A DNA stretch of 64,000 nucleotides from the human T2T-CHM13v2.0 reference genome, Homo sapiens, in assembly GCF_009914755.1 (NCBI RefSeq), contig NC_060930.1; one strand, 5' to 3'. The position numbers were made by a program, and so were the translations under genes. Positions within the stretch are counted from its first letter, which is position 1. Each line of letters starts with the position of its first letter. The notes under the pieces were generated by a model. The model did not search any database. It was given only the letters and a program-made list of their open reading frames with translations, and was not told the origin of the DNA. Positions 1 to 15,334 of this stretch are shown here, piece after piece.

Positions 1-215
1 GGATCATTGTAAAAGCCTCCAAACTGGTCTTACTAGTTCCATTCATTTTAACCCTCCATTCTATTCCCCAAATTGCTCCCCAAGAGTGATCTCAATAAAA
101 TTTAAATCAAATCATGTTACTCCCTTGCTTAAAATTCAATGACTTTCAAGTGCCAACAGGATAAAATTCGAACTGCTTATTATGACTTACAAGATCCTTC
201 ATGATTTAACTCTAT
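1..215 (+). mobile_element. L2 LINE 3' fragment
   Basis: Resembles the L2 3' consensus (gcctcc-aactggtct, gagtgatct..aaatcaaatcatgttactcccttgcttaaaa, acaagatccttcatgatt); boundaries approximate. Confidence 0.7.
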
Positions 216-358
216 CAGTGTTACCCAAAATAAGCAGTTATGCAAATACAGTTTTTCCACCTGGAATGCCCTTGTAAACATAATTGAATCTCACTAATGC
301 CACACCGTGTTGAGGGAACTGTTTATCTGGTTATCCTCAATTTTGGGGGAATGGAGTA

Positions 359-960
359 TTTTTTTAATTATGAAATATTTCAAGCACATAGGAAAGCAAA
401 GAGAAATACTGAAAAATACCACCAAGTTTTGTCAGATCTTAAAACCTTGACATATTCCTGTAGATATATGTTCTTTTCAAGAAATAAGTCACTGCAGATA
501 CAGTCAAAGCCCCTCATTACCTCTTTCCCTTCCTATTGTGTCTCCCACTGAAGACAGTGGGGTGAGGCAGTCACTCTACTGAAATTGGTGTTTATCATTT
601 TATACTCTTACTATGTTTCTTATATATCCACAAGTTACATATAGTATTGTGTTACACATTTTAAGTTTATGTATATGATATGGTATATATCCTGCAACTT
701 GTTCAGATGCTCAATCAATGCTTTTGAGATTTATCCAGGCTCTAATTCTGAAGTACCAATTAATATTCTACTGTATGAATCTACCATAGTGCATTTATCC
801 ATTTTCCCGTTGATGGATATTTAGATTGTTTCCAATTTTCCTCTATTATGAATAATGCTGCAGTGAACATTTTATGTGTATCTCTTCTGTGCATATGTGA
901 GAGGATTTTCTTAGGTTACATACCTAGGATGAAATTGCTAGTAGAAGGACATGCACAAAT
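359..960 (-). mobile_element. Old L1M (L1MC/ME-type) 3' fragment
   Basis: Antisense L1 3' motifs: tttatccattttcccgttgatggatatttagattgtttccaatttt, aataatgctgcagtgaacatt, atacctagga. Confidence 0.65.
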
Positions 961-1114
961 TAAACTTTAGTACTTATATTTCTCCAAAAGTTCTTAAAGA
1001 AAAATTTTAGTATAAATTTTTCTCCAAAGGCAGTAGAATCTGGACCCTACTAGTCAGGTAAAGTTCGAGTATGAATCTAGTCCAAATATTTAACTCTACT
1101 TAAGAAGATGTTTT

Positions 1115-1240
1115 TTTCTATAGCTTCTTTTGTGCTACAATGGCAGAGCTGAGTAGTTGAACAGAGATCATATGGAACAGAGATCAAAAAGCTTAAACTA
1201 TTTACTATCTTGTGTTCACTATAGAAAATGTTTGCCAACT
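1115..1240 (+). mobile_element. MER58A-like hAT-Charlie MITE fragment
   Basis: gctacaatggcagagctgagtagttg...ctatttactatct...gaaaatgtttgccaac matches the recalled MER58 terminus. Confidence 0.7.
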
Positions 1241-1473
1241 AAGAAGAGGTTCTTAAATTAGCAACTTTGTGAAGTTTATAAGAGGGCCTTACAGTGATTG
1301 AGTCTATATTTGGTTATGAGAATTTCAGTGCGTACTATGTGTCTGTGCATGTATGAGTCCATGTGCATGTGTTTTGTTTATATAAGCAAGAAAGGAATGA
1401 TGTGTTTTTGACATCAATCTCTAGCTGCTTCTTTCTGAACTGGCTTTCTTCTGAGTGTTCAGGTGCTAGGAGC

Positions 1474-1824
1474 CTTTTCTTTTCTTTCTCTTTTCTTTTT
1501 TCTTTTCTTTTCTTTTCCTTCTTTCTTTCTTTCTTTTTTTTTTTTGAGACAGAGTCTCACTCTATTGCTCAGGCTGGAGTGCAGTGGCATGATTTCTGCT
1601 CACTGCAACCTCTGCCTCCTGGGTTCAGTGATCCTCCTGCCTCAGCCTCCTGAGTAGCTGGGATTACAGGCATGCACCACCATGCCCGGCTAATTTTGTA
1701 TTTTTAGTAGAGATGGGGTTTCGTCATGTTGGTCATGCTGGTCTTGAAGTCTTGACCTCAGGTGATCCGCCCACTCAGCCTCCCAAAGTGCTGGGATTAC
1801 GGGTGTGAGCCGCCACAGCTGGCC
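1474..1824 (-). mobile_element. AluS with CT-rich expanded tail
   Basis: Full reverse Alu dimer (gagacagagtctcactct...cctcccaaagtgctgggattac...ggcc) preceded by a (CTTT)n/T tract. Confidence 0.95.
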
Positions 1825-1835
1825 TCCATTTCTTT

Positions 1836-3264
1836 TCATTCATGCAGTCAGTCAATAAATATTTATTGGGTGCCTATTGTACAACTGGCACTATTGTAGG
1901 TGCTGGGGGTACACCAGTGAACACAGCAGATAATGTTCTGGCCCTCAAGAACTTATATTCTGATGGGGGTAGACAGACAAATAAATATACACATATATCA
2001 TGTGGCAATTTTGCAATTTAGAAAAAGCAGGGAAAGGGGAATAGAAAATGTTAGAGTCAGGGGGGAGAGTTGCTGTTTTATAAAAAGTGTTCCTTGAAGA
2101 CATTATTGCACAGGTGTATTTTAAATATAAAGAAAGTCAGGAAGGGAACCATGTGATTCCATGAGGTAAGACCTTTTGAAGCAGAGGAAATGGTAAGTGC
2201 AAAGGTCCTGAAGTGGGGGAGCGCTTGGCACTTTTGAGGACTAGCAATGAGGTCAACATGGCTGAGGCAGAGCCAGCAGAGAGTAGGCAAATGTGATAGC
2301 AGGTGAGGTCAGGATAGTGCTGGGAGGGAACTGTTGATTTTACTCTGACTCAGGTAGGAAGTCAATGGACAGATCTGAGCAGAGGAATGCCATAATCTGA
2401 TTGACATTTTTGAACAACCATTCTGATAACAGGAATAGATAGAAGCAGGGAGGCCCATTGTGGAGGCTATTACAATATTCCCAATGAGAGATTATTGCCC
2501 TATGGACCAGGATTTTTGCAATAGAAATTCTGAGAAAGGGTGAGATTCTGGATGTATTTTGGAAGAAGAGTCAATAAGATTTGGTGCTGAGGTTGAATAT
2601 GGGATGTGAGTGAAAAAGAAGACTCATGGGTGACCAAGATTTCTGACATGAATAATAAAAAATGGAGATGCTATTACTTAGGTGGGGAAGATCTAAGTAA
2701 TAGCAACCTGTAGGAACAGGTTGAGGAGGGAGTAAGGAGTTTCTTTTGAGATATGTTAAGGCTGAGATTTCTATGAGACTTAAAAGTAGAATTCTTTAGT
2801 AGGCTGTGAGATATATGGACTTGAAATTCGTGGTTGAGATCCAGACCAGAGGTTTGAATTTTGGAGTCATCAACATGCAGATGCTTTTTAAAAGTATGAG
2901 ACTGGGTGAGATCTCTTAGGAAGTTAATTTGGATAGATTAAAGAAGAAAGAGGACTGAGGGCCTTGTTCTGAGGCCCTCCAACATTTAGAGTGCAAAGAA
3001 ATGAGGGAGAAACTGCAAAGGAGACCTAAGGAGTGGTCTTAGAGATTGGAGGAGAAGCAAAAGATTGTGCTGTCCCAGAAGCCAAAGGAAGAAAGTGTTT
3101 CCAAAAAGAGTATGTAGTATATTCTATTAAATGTTGCCAGTAGATGAAATTGTAAGGATTGAAAATCAATTTTGAATTCAGCAACAGAATGATTATTGGT
3201 GACCTTGGCATAATGTATTTTAGTGAAGCGGTAGCATCAAATGACTGTTTGGAGTAGGTTCAAG
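1836..3264 (-). mobile_element. L2a LINE, interrupted by the L1PA insertion
   Basis: Starts with the L2 3' end antisense (ttcattcat..aataaatatttattgggtgcctattgt); purine-rich L2 ORF2 antisense body; appears to resume briefly after 9440. Confidence 0.8.
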
Positions 3265-3385
3265 AGAAAATATGAGGGTGGAGCCAAGATGGCCAAATAG
3301 GAACAGCTCCAGTCTATGGCTCTCAGCATGAGCAATGCAGAAGATGAATGATTTCTGCATTTCCAACTGAGGTACCGGGTGCATC

Positions 3386-3712
3386 TCACTGGGGATTGTC
3401 AGACAGGGGGTGCCGTGCACCGAGCCTGAGCCAAAGCAGGGCGAGGCATCGCCTCACCAGGGAAGTGCAAGGGGTCAGGGAATTCCCTTTCCTAGCCAAG
3501 GAAAGGGGTGATGGACTGCACCTGGAAAATCGGGTCACTCCCACCCTAATACTGCACTTTTCCAACAGTCTTAGCAAAGGGCACACCAGGAGATTATATT
3601 GTGTGCCTGGCTCAGAGGGTCCTACACCCATGGAGCCTTGCTCATTGCTAGCACAGTAGTCTGAGATCAAACTGCTAGGTGGCAGCGAGGCTAGGGGAGG
3701 GGCACTCGCCAT
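3386..3712 (-). CDS. L1 ORF0 (antisense ORF in the 5'UTR), open, 108 aa
   Basis: MASAPPLASLPPSSLISDYCASNEQGSMGVGPSEPG...IRVGVTRFSRC matches primate L1 ORF0; ATG in gcaATGg context; expression unknown. Confidence 0.75.
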   Translation of the reverse strand: MASAPPLASLPPSSLISDYCASNEQGSMGVGPSEPGTQYNLLVCPLLRLLEKCSIRVGVTRFSRCSPSPLSLARKGNSLTPCTSLVRRCLALLWLRLGARHPLSDNPQ

Positions 3713-4287
3713 TGCTCAGGCTTGAGTAGGTAAACAAAGCAGCTGGGAAGCTCGAACTGGGTGGAGCCCACCGCAGCTCAAGGAGGCCTACCTGCCTCTA
3801 TAGACTCCACCTCTGGGGACAAGGTATAGCCAAACAAAAGACAGCAGAAACCTCTGCAGACTTCAATGTCCCTGTCTGACAGCTTTGAAGAGAGTAGTGG
3901 TTCTCCCAGCACGCAGCTTGAGATCCGAGAATGGACAGACTGCCTCCTCAAGTGGGTCTCTGACCCCCAAGTAGCCTAACTGGGAGGCACCCCCCAGTAG
4001 GGGCAGACTGACACCTCACATGGCCGGGTACTCCTCTGACACAAAACGTCCAGAGGAATGATCAGGCAGCAACATTTGCTGTTCACCAATATCCACTGTT
4101 CTGCAGCCTCCACTGCTGATACCCAGGCAAACAGGGTCTGGAGTGGACCTCCAGCAAACTCCAACAGACCTGCAGCTGAGGGTCCTGACTGTTAGAAGGA
4201 AAACTAACAAACAGAAAGAATATACACACCAAAACCCCATCTGTAGGTCAACATCATCAAAGACCAAAGGTAGATAAAACCACAAAG

Positions 4288-5302
4288 ATGGGGAAAAAAA
4301 CAGCAGAAAAACTGAAAAATCTAAAAATCAGAGCACCTCTCCTCCTCCAAAGGAACACAGCTCCTCACCAGCAATGGAACAAAGCTGGATGGAGAATGAC
4401 TTTGATGAGTTGAGAGAAGAAGGCTTCAGATGATCAAACTACTCTGAGCTAAAGGAGGAATTTTGAACCCATGGCAAAGAAGTTAAAAACCTTGAAAAAA
4501 GATTAGACGAATGGCTAACTAGAATAACCAATGCAGAAAAGTCCTTAAAGACCCTGATAGAGCTGAAAACCATGGCACGAGAACTACGTGATGAATGCAC
4601 AAGCCTCAGTAGCCTATTCAATCAACTGGAAGAAAGGGTATCAGTGATGGAAGATCAAATGAATGAAATGAAGCAAGAAGAGAGTTTAGAGAAAAAAGAA
4701 TAAAAAGAAATTAACAAAGCCTCCAAGAAATATGGGACTATGTGAAAAGACCAAATCTACGTCTGACTGGTGTACCTGAAAGTGATGGGGAGAATGGAAC
4801 CAAGCTGGAAAACACTCTGCAGGATATTATCCAGGAGAACTTCCCCAATCTAGCAAGGCAGGCCAACATTCAAATTCAGGAAATACAGAGAACACCAGAA
4901 AGATACTCCTTGAGAAGAGCAACTCCAAGACACATAATTGTCAGATTCACCAAAGTTGAAATGAAGGAAAAAGTGTTAAGGGCAGCCAGAGAGAAAGGTT
5001 GGGTTACCCACAAAGGGAAGCCCATCAGACTAACAGCTGATCTCTCAGCAGAAACTCTACAAGCCAGAAGAGAGTGGGGGCCAATATTCAACATTCTTAA
5101 AGACAAGAATTTTCAACCCAGAATTTCATATCCAGCCAGACTAAGCTTCATAAGTGAAGGAGAAATAAAATCCTTTACAGACAAGCAAATGCTGAGAGAT
5201 TTTGTCACCACCAGGCCTGCTCTAAAAGAGCTCCTGAAGGAAGCACTAAACATGGAAAGGAACAACCAGTACCAGCCACTGCCAAAACATGCCAAATTGT
5301 AA
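4288..5302 (+). pseudogene. L1 ORF1p, disrupted
   Basis: ATG at 4288 followed by an early frameshift and stops; C-terminal 186 aa open (RPNLRLTGVPE, PRHIIVRF, LQARREW, YPARLSF). Confidence 0.95.
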
Positions 5303-5365
5303 AGATCATCAAGGCTAGGAAGAAAGTGCATCAACTAACGAGCAAAATAACCAGCTAACATCATA

Positions 5366-9174
<3,809 letters not shown>

Positions 9175-11668
9175 ACAATGAAAACACATGGACGCAGGAA
9201 GGGGAACATCACACACCGGGGCCTGTTGTGGGGTTGGGGGAGGGGGGAGGGATAGCATTAGGAGATATACCTAATGTTAAATGACGAGTTAATGGGTGCA
9301 GCACACCAACATGGCACATGTATATACATGTAACAAACCTCCACGTTGTGCACATGTACCCTAAAACTTAAAGTATAATTAAAAAAAACACAAAAAACAA
9401 ATTCTAGGGATTACGCCCTTAAAAAAAAAGAAAATGTGAAGAGAGGAATTGGAGAAAAAGAAAATAGTTCCTTGGCAATAGTGGTTCTGGATATTCACTC
9501 CAATTATAATACTTCATTCTTAGGGCCAGGTCGGTATGTCCTTTCCTGACCCTTCTGCATAGTGAATTCATATTCACACTTCAAGCCCATGCTTACCATA
9601 TCTGCATGTGTGGATTCTTTTTGGTTTTTCAGATAGAACAAATCATTTTCGGCTTTATATGTGTTTTTAGCATAAACAGATTGTAGTACATAATTTATTC
9701 TCCACCAGGCAGTAACTTCATGACAGCAAGTGGTGTGATTTTCTAGAATTCTCAGTGCTAAGTATAGTGTCTGCCTATCATTTAATAATGTTCAGTTAAT
9801 GTTTGTTGAACTAAACTGAATTATCTTAAAGAAATGTAGGGTCCATGTTTTCCCTTCCATTTCCAAAGGCATAATTGTGTGCCCTGCACCATGCCTTCTC
9901 CCTCACCCCCCACTCTCCCGTCCACCCACCGGGAGCCTCAAACAGGATTCTTGTGGGAAGTTTGGCAAAGCCCTTGTTTTCATTTTTACTTTTATTATCA
10001 TAAGTTCTTCCAGTTGAAGTCAGAGGGGCCCTCGCTGATGCATACAGCTAAGGAGTCTGCTTGGTGTCTTTGATGTGTTCCATCATGTTGATTTGTGGTG
10101 GCATGAAGTGGGTGACCCCATAATGTTCCTTTTTTCTGTACATCATTAGGCCCAGCTAAGGGCTTTGTGAGTTTTCTACTCAGGCAACTGTGTTTTCCTA
10201 ATATGCCTTCACCAAATGTTGACATCATTTCATCTCCAGAATCATTTCAGTTACATTACAAACAGTCTTTTATTGCACTTTGGAAGCATTTTGAGATGAC
10301 AAATTATTTATTTCTATATTCAATTGGCTGTTCTTTTCTTTCTCTGGTTCTTCAATTACAGCTGTTGAACCACAGCTGTAATTTGGAGTCTTAGCTCAAA
10401 GTGACTGCTATGTGTTTTTCTCAAGGGTCAGAAAATCGAATCTGTATTCTGCTAGTCAGGCACACTGTAAAGAGTGCCACCTTCACCTGGGTTGTTTGGA
10501 AGGCCCATAGGTCTTGGTAACTTGGTGGATTTTGATGCACAGCCATGAGTTCCACAGGGCATTAATTCTGCTCCATTGCCTGTCCATTTGAACTAAAAAG
10601 TGCCAGTGAATACATTATACTTGGGGACCTCCAAATCCCACTTTAGTTCTTGAGGTCACTGATGTTTGCTATCTTTCGGTATCCAGAGCACATTTGAAGT
10701 GTGTTGCTATTGTGTCCTTTTTCATTTATCTTTGACAAATGCATCAGCTCTTGCTCTTGAGGAAATTAACATTTCCTTTGGTTCACAAAGCAAGATTATT
10801 TGGAAAGGTCAATGTATGTGGCACAGCACTCTGTTATGTTTCTACAGAGACACGTGTCTGGTATATTTCAGTGATGTCTCAGCTTAAAGGCTAGCTTATT
10901 TATACTGAATAGCCACATAGAAATGATCACTATAAATTCATTTGTTATTTGAAAGAAACTGCTTTCATGTAGATTTTATGAGGGAATCCATTAAAAGAAA
11001 TATTATCAAACCTGAGCTTAAGGAGCCATTTCTGTCCTGTTTAAACCAGATTCTAAGTAACAGATGTATTTCTCCCTTCTAACATGACAGTGATTCAGAA
11101 TGTGTCATAGAGTAGAGCAAGAAAGAGAAACCCATAAAAGACTGACCATAGAGACTTCAGGAGTTTGTCAATCCTGAAGAGAAAAAGCCTATAGAAAAAA
11201 AAGCAAAAGTTGAACACAGAAAGGAGCAGTCAGGATGGCAACACAGAGATAAAAGAAGCCACCTTTTCTCTCCTTTCAAGACATGGAACCATGCACAAGA
11301 TTGAATTGCCTCTGGACTATGGAAGATCTGAAATGCTTCCCTAAGGAGAGGCCAGAGGATTTCCTCAGCCCAGTGGGTAAAGTAAAAATCTATCAATTGG
11401 ATTTTGATGGCAGGGAGTGGGAATTTATTCACTTTATATTCTTTTTATGACTTTCACTGTTCATTATATTTCTTTTAAATTAACTGGTAGAAAACATGCC
11501 TGACCTCTGTGCCAGATACTTTCAGGAGGGCCAGTTGGAGATTGGAAATGGGGTAGGGATTTGAAGGGTGAGATTAGACAGCCAGTTTCAAAAATGTTGG
11601 CATTTTTTAAGCAATAAAGTATTTTAAATAAAGTCATGTACAGTGTTATTTTAGACACAATGCCATTG

Positions 11669-11750
11669 CACACACACATACACATCTCTTTATATATATA
11701 GTCTATATATATATATGTGCTTTGTCTGTATATACATATATACACATATA
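11669..11750. repeat. (CA)n/(TA)n microsatellite
   Basis: Directly visible; abuts the Tigger1 TA target site. Confidence 0.85.
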
Positions 11751-14173
11751 CAGGCATAGCACAGATATAATGTGGGTTCAGTTCCAGACTAGTATACTAA
11801 AGCAAACATTGCATGGTTTCGCAGTGCATATGTGCATATAAAAGTGATTTTGACACTATACTATAGTCTATTAACTGTGCAATAGCATTGTGTCTTAAAT
11901 AACACCATACATACCTTTATTTAAAATACTTTATTGCTTAAAAATGCTATTCTAAGGCTTCAGAAAGTCTTATTGATGGTGGAAGGTCTTGTGTCAAGTT
12001 GATGGCTGCTGACTGATCAGGGTGGTGTGCTAAAGGTTCAGATGGCTTTGGCAATTAAAAAAAAACAACAATAAGGAAGTTTGCCATACCAATTGAATCT
12101 TTCTTTCAGGAAATATTTCTCTGTAGCTTCTGATGCTGTTTGATCGCATTTTTATCCACAGTCAGACTTCTTTCAAAATTGAGGTCAATCCTCTCAAACT
12201 CTACCGCTGCTTTATTAACTAAGTTTATGTAATATCTTAAATTGTTTTTGTAATTTCAACAATGTTCACAGCATCTTCACCAGAGGTAGATTTCAATGCA
12301 AGAAACTGCTTTCTTTGCCATCCATAAGAAGCAAATTTTTCATCCTTTAGTTTTATTAGGAGATTGAAGGAATTCAGTCACATCTTCAGGCTTTACCTCT
12401 AACTAGAGTTCTCTTGCTATTTCTACCACATCTGCAATTACTTTCTCCATTGAAGTCCTGAACACTCAAAGTCATTCAAAAGGGTTGGAATGTACTTCTT
12501 CCAAACTCTGGTTAATATTTGTATTTTGACCTCTTCCGATGAGTCAAGAATGTTCTTACTGGCATCCAGAATGGTGAATACTTTCCAGAAGGTTTTCAAT
12601 TTGCTTTGCCCACATCCAAGAAAAGAATCACTATTTATGGCAGCTATAGCCTTACAAAATGTATCTTTAAGTAATAAGACTCAAAAGTCAAAATTACTCT
12701 TTGATCCATGAGCTGCAGAATGGATGTTATGTTAGCAGGCATAAACAACCTTAATCTCTTTATAGATCTCCGAGAGAGCTCTTGGGTGACCAGGTGCCTT
12801 GTCAATGAGCAGTAATATTTTGAAGGAGCCTTATTTTTTCCTGAGCAGTAGATCTTAAGAGTGGGCTTAAAATATCCAGTTAACCATGCTGTAAACAGAT
12901 GTGCTGTCATGCAAACTTTGTAGTACAATTTGTTGGGCACAGGCAGAGTAGATATAATGTAATTCTTAAGGAACCTAAAATTTTCAGAATAGTCAACGAG
13001 CTTTGGCTTTAACTTCAAGTTACCAGCTGCATCATCCTCTAACAGGAAAGTCAGCCTGTCTTTTGAAGCTTTGAAGCCAGACATTGATTCTGTAGCTATG
13101 AAGGTAGCCATGTAGATGGCATCATATTCTGTAGTTATGAAGGTAGCCATGTAGACAGAATCATAAACCAATAGAAAGCTGTTTTCTCTACATTGAAAAT
13201 CTATTAGGTTAGCCATCTTCATCAATGAACTTAGCTAGAACTTCTGGATAATCTGCTGCAGCCTCTACATTAGCTCTTGCTGCTTCCTCTTGCATTTTTA
13301 TGTTACAGATATGACTTCTTGCCTTAAACTTCATAAACCAATCTCTGCCAGCTTCCAACGTGTCTTCTGCAGGTTCCTCACCTCTCTCAGCCCTCACAGA
13401 ATTGGAGAGAGTTTGGGCCTTGCTCTGGATTAGGCTTTGACTTAAAAGAATGTTGCGCTGGTTTGCTGCTTTTTTTACAGACTACTGAAACTTTCTCCAT
13501 ATGAGCAACAATGCTGTTTCACTTTCTTATCATTTATGTGTTCACTGCAGTAGTACTTTTAATTTTTTCAAGAACTTTTCCTTTGCATTTACATTTTGGT
13601 TAACTGTTCTGTGCAAGAGGCCTAGCTTTCAGCCTATCTTGGTTTTCAACAAGGCATCCTCACCAAACTTAATCATTCCTAGCTTTTGATTCAAAGTGAG
13701 AAAGATGTGACTTCCTTTTATTTGAATATTTAGAGGCCATTGTAAGGCTATTTATTGGCCTAATTTCAATATTGTTGTGTCTTAGGGAATAGGAGGGCTT
13801 GATGAGAGGGAAAGAGACAGGGGATGAGCTGGTCAGTGGAGCAGTCAAAACCCAGACAACTTTTATCAACACGTTCACTGTGTTATATGGGTGTGGTTTG
13901 TGATGCCTCAAAATAATTACAATAGAAATATCAAAGATCACTGATGAAAGGTCACCCAAACCAATATAATAATAATGTAAAAGTTTGAAATATTGTGAGA
14001 ATTACCAAAATGTGACAGAAAGACACAAAGTAGGTACATATGATTGGTAAAATGGCTCTGATAGACTTGTTTGATGCAAGGATACTACAGACCTTCCATT
14101 CGTAAGAAAACAAAAAAGAAAAAAAATCTGCAAAGTGCAATAAAGTGAAACACAATAAAATGGGGTATACCTG
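11751..14173 (-). mobile_element. Full-length Tigger1 DNA transposon
   Basis: TIR remnants caggcata... / ...tatacctg, TA on the left flank, length about 2.4 kb; transposase remnants [42 protein letters not shown] on the minus strand. Confidence 0.93.
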
Positions 14174-14544
14174 TGTTTAGAATCTAATCTACTATGTATT
14201 CTTACACGAATAGTCCATGATTTGTAGGCAGCAGTCTAAATCAGAAGATGATAGGGCTGGTGAAGATGCTGTAGCGTTAACAAACATCTCTTAACAGGAC
14301 TTTTGTGTTGGTGGTAAACATTTCTGCACATACGAAAAATCGAGGCAAAACAATACTGTGCATTATCTAAAATGGTCATAAAATTATTTCTGCTGTTCTC
14401 TCTGTTGAGGGCAACACATTAGGCCCATTTACCAAAGGTCCTTGATGTTGAGGGCTTTCAGTTCTAGAAAAGGTCATTTTTTTCCCCAAGAATTTCTTCA
14501 GAATGACTATAATTTGCCTTGGCCAAATTGTATTGTAAGCTCAC

Positions 14545-14669
14545 AGATTTACAATTGCTGAGGACTTCCAATGGTCTCTGACATTATTTGTTATCTAAAA
14601 TCTTCATCTTTATCGATTAGTGTTTCAGAAGATTAAGCCTTAATGATATGAATTGTATTATATAAGTTC
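14545..14669 (-). pseudogene. Pseudo-exon 10
   Basis: Acceptor ttcgtatcttttag; reads (G)TYIIQF, joining KKAP-G from exon 9; decayed YH.G..N.FW motif across frameshifts; possible donor TCT|gtgagc (3' end uncertain). Confidence 0.55.
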
Positions 14670-14939
14670 CTAAAAGATACGAAATTTTGAAGGGTAATTT
14701 CAGTGTCAGTCTAATTACACTTTTAATTCTCGTGTATTTCCAGGCAATTAAATTTAATTTTTAAAGTTCTGCTTCTTTGGTCACTTTGTATGTAATGTAA
14801 AAATCTTTGTAAATTAAATTGAAAGTTTTAACTGGAAACCATTTAACTGGAAACCTAATATTCAAATAAAATAATGCATGAGTAGAGCACAATCCACTTT
14901 ATTTGATAACAGTTGCATTTAGCAAATGCATTTATGAAA

Positions 14940-15310
14940 ATAATGCAAGCTTTAACAGTATATACAGTAAAATAAGATAAAATAAGCTTTAGTGTACACA
15001 TTGCCCAACCTCAACAGCTCATTGTCAGTCTTGTTTCTACTATGTTCTCATTTTCTTCCCAACCTACAAGATTCATTTTGGAAGAAATCCCAGGCATATC
15101 TTTTCATTTAAAAATATTCAGAATACATCTCTAAATTACTATAATTCTTTAAAATAACTAAAATGTTATTAACCTTGATTTTAAAAGTAACTGTAACTGC
15201 ATCAATGGTCAGTGTTCAAATTTTCTTATCTCTCTCGTAATTTTTTTATTCATATTACAATACAAACAAGTCTATACTTTGCAGGTGGATGATATTTGTA
15301 CATCTTTTTC
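14940..15310 (-). mobile_element. L1MC-type 3' fragment
   Basis: ttttggaagaaatcccaggcatatcttttcatttaaaaatattcag resembles L1MC4/5 antisense. Confidence 0.55.
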
Positions 15311-15334
15311 TCCGTCACCTCTGTTTCCCTCTAG

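Noticed and set aside
14190-14323. Possible 11th (terminal) minus-strand exon after the acceptor tttttcgtatgtgcag (KCLPPTQKSC*EMFVNATASS...)
   Set aside because: The phase fits but there is no domain motif or clear end; too weak to call
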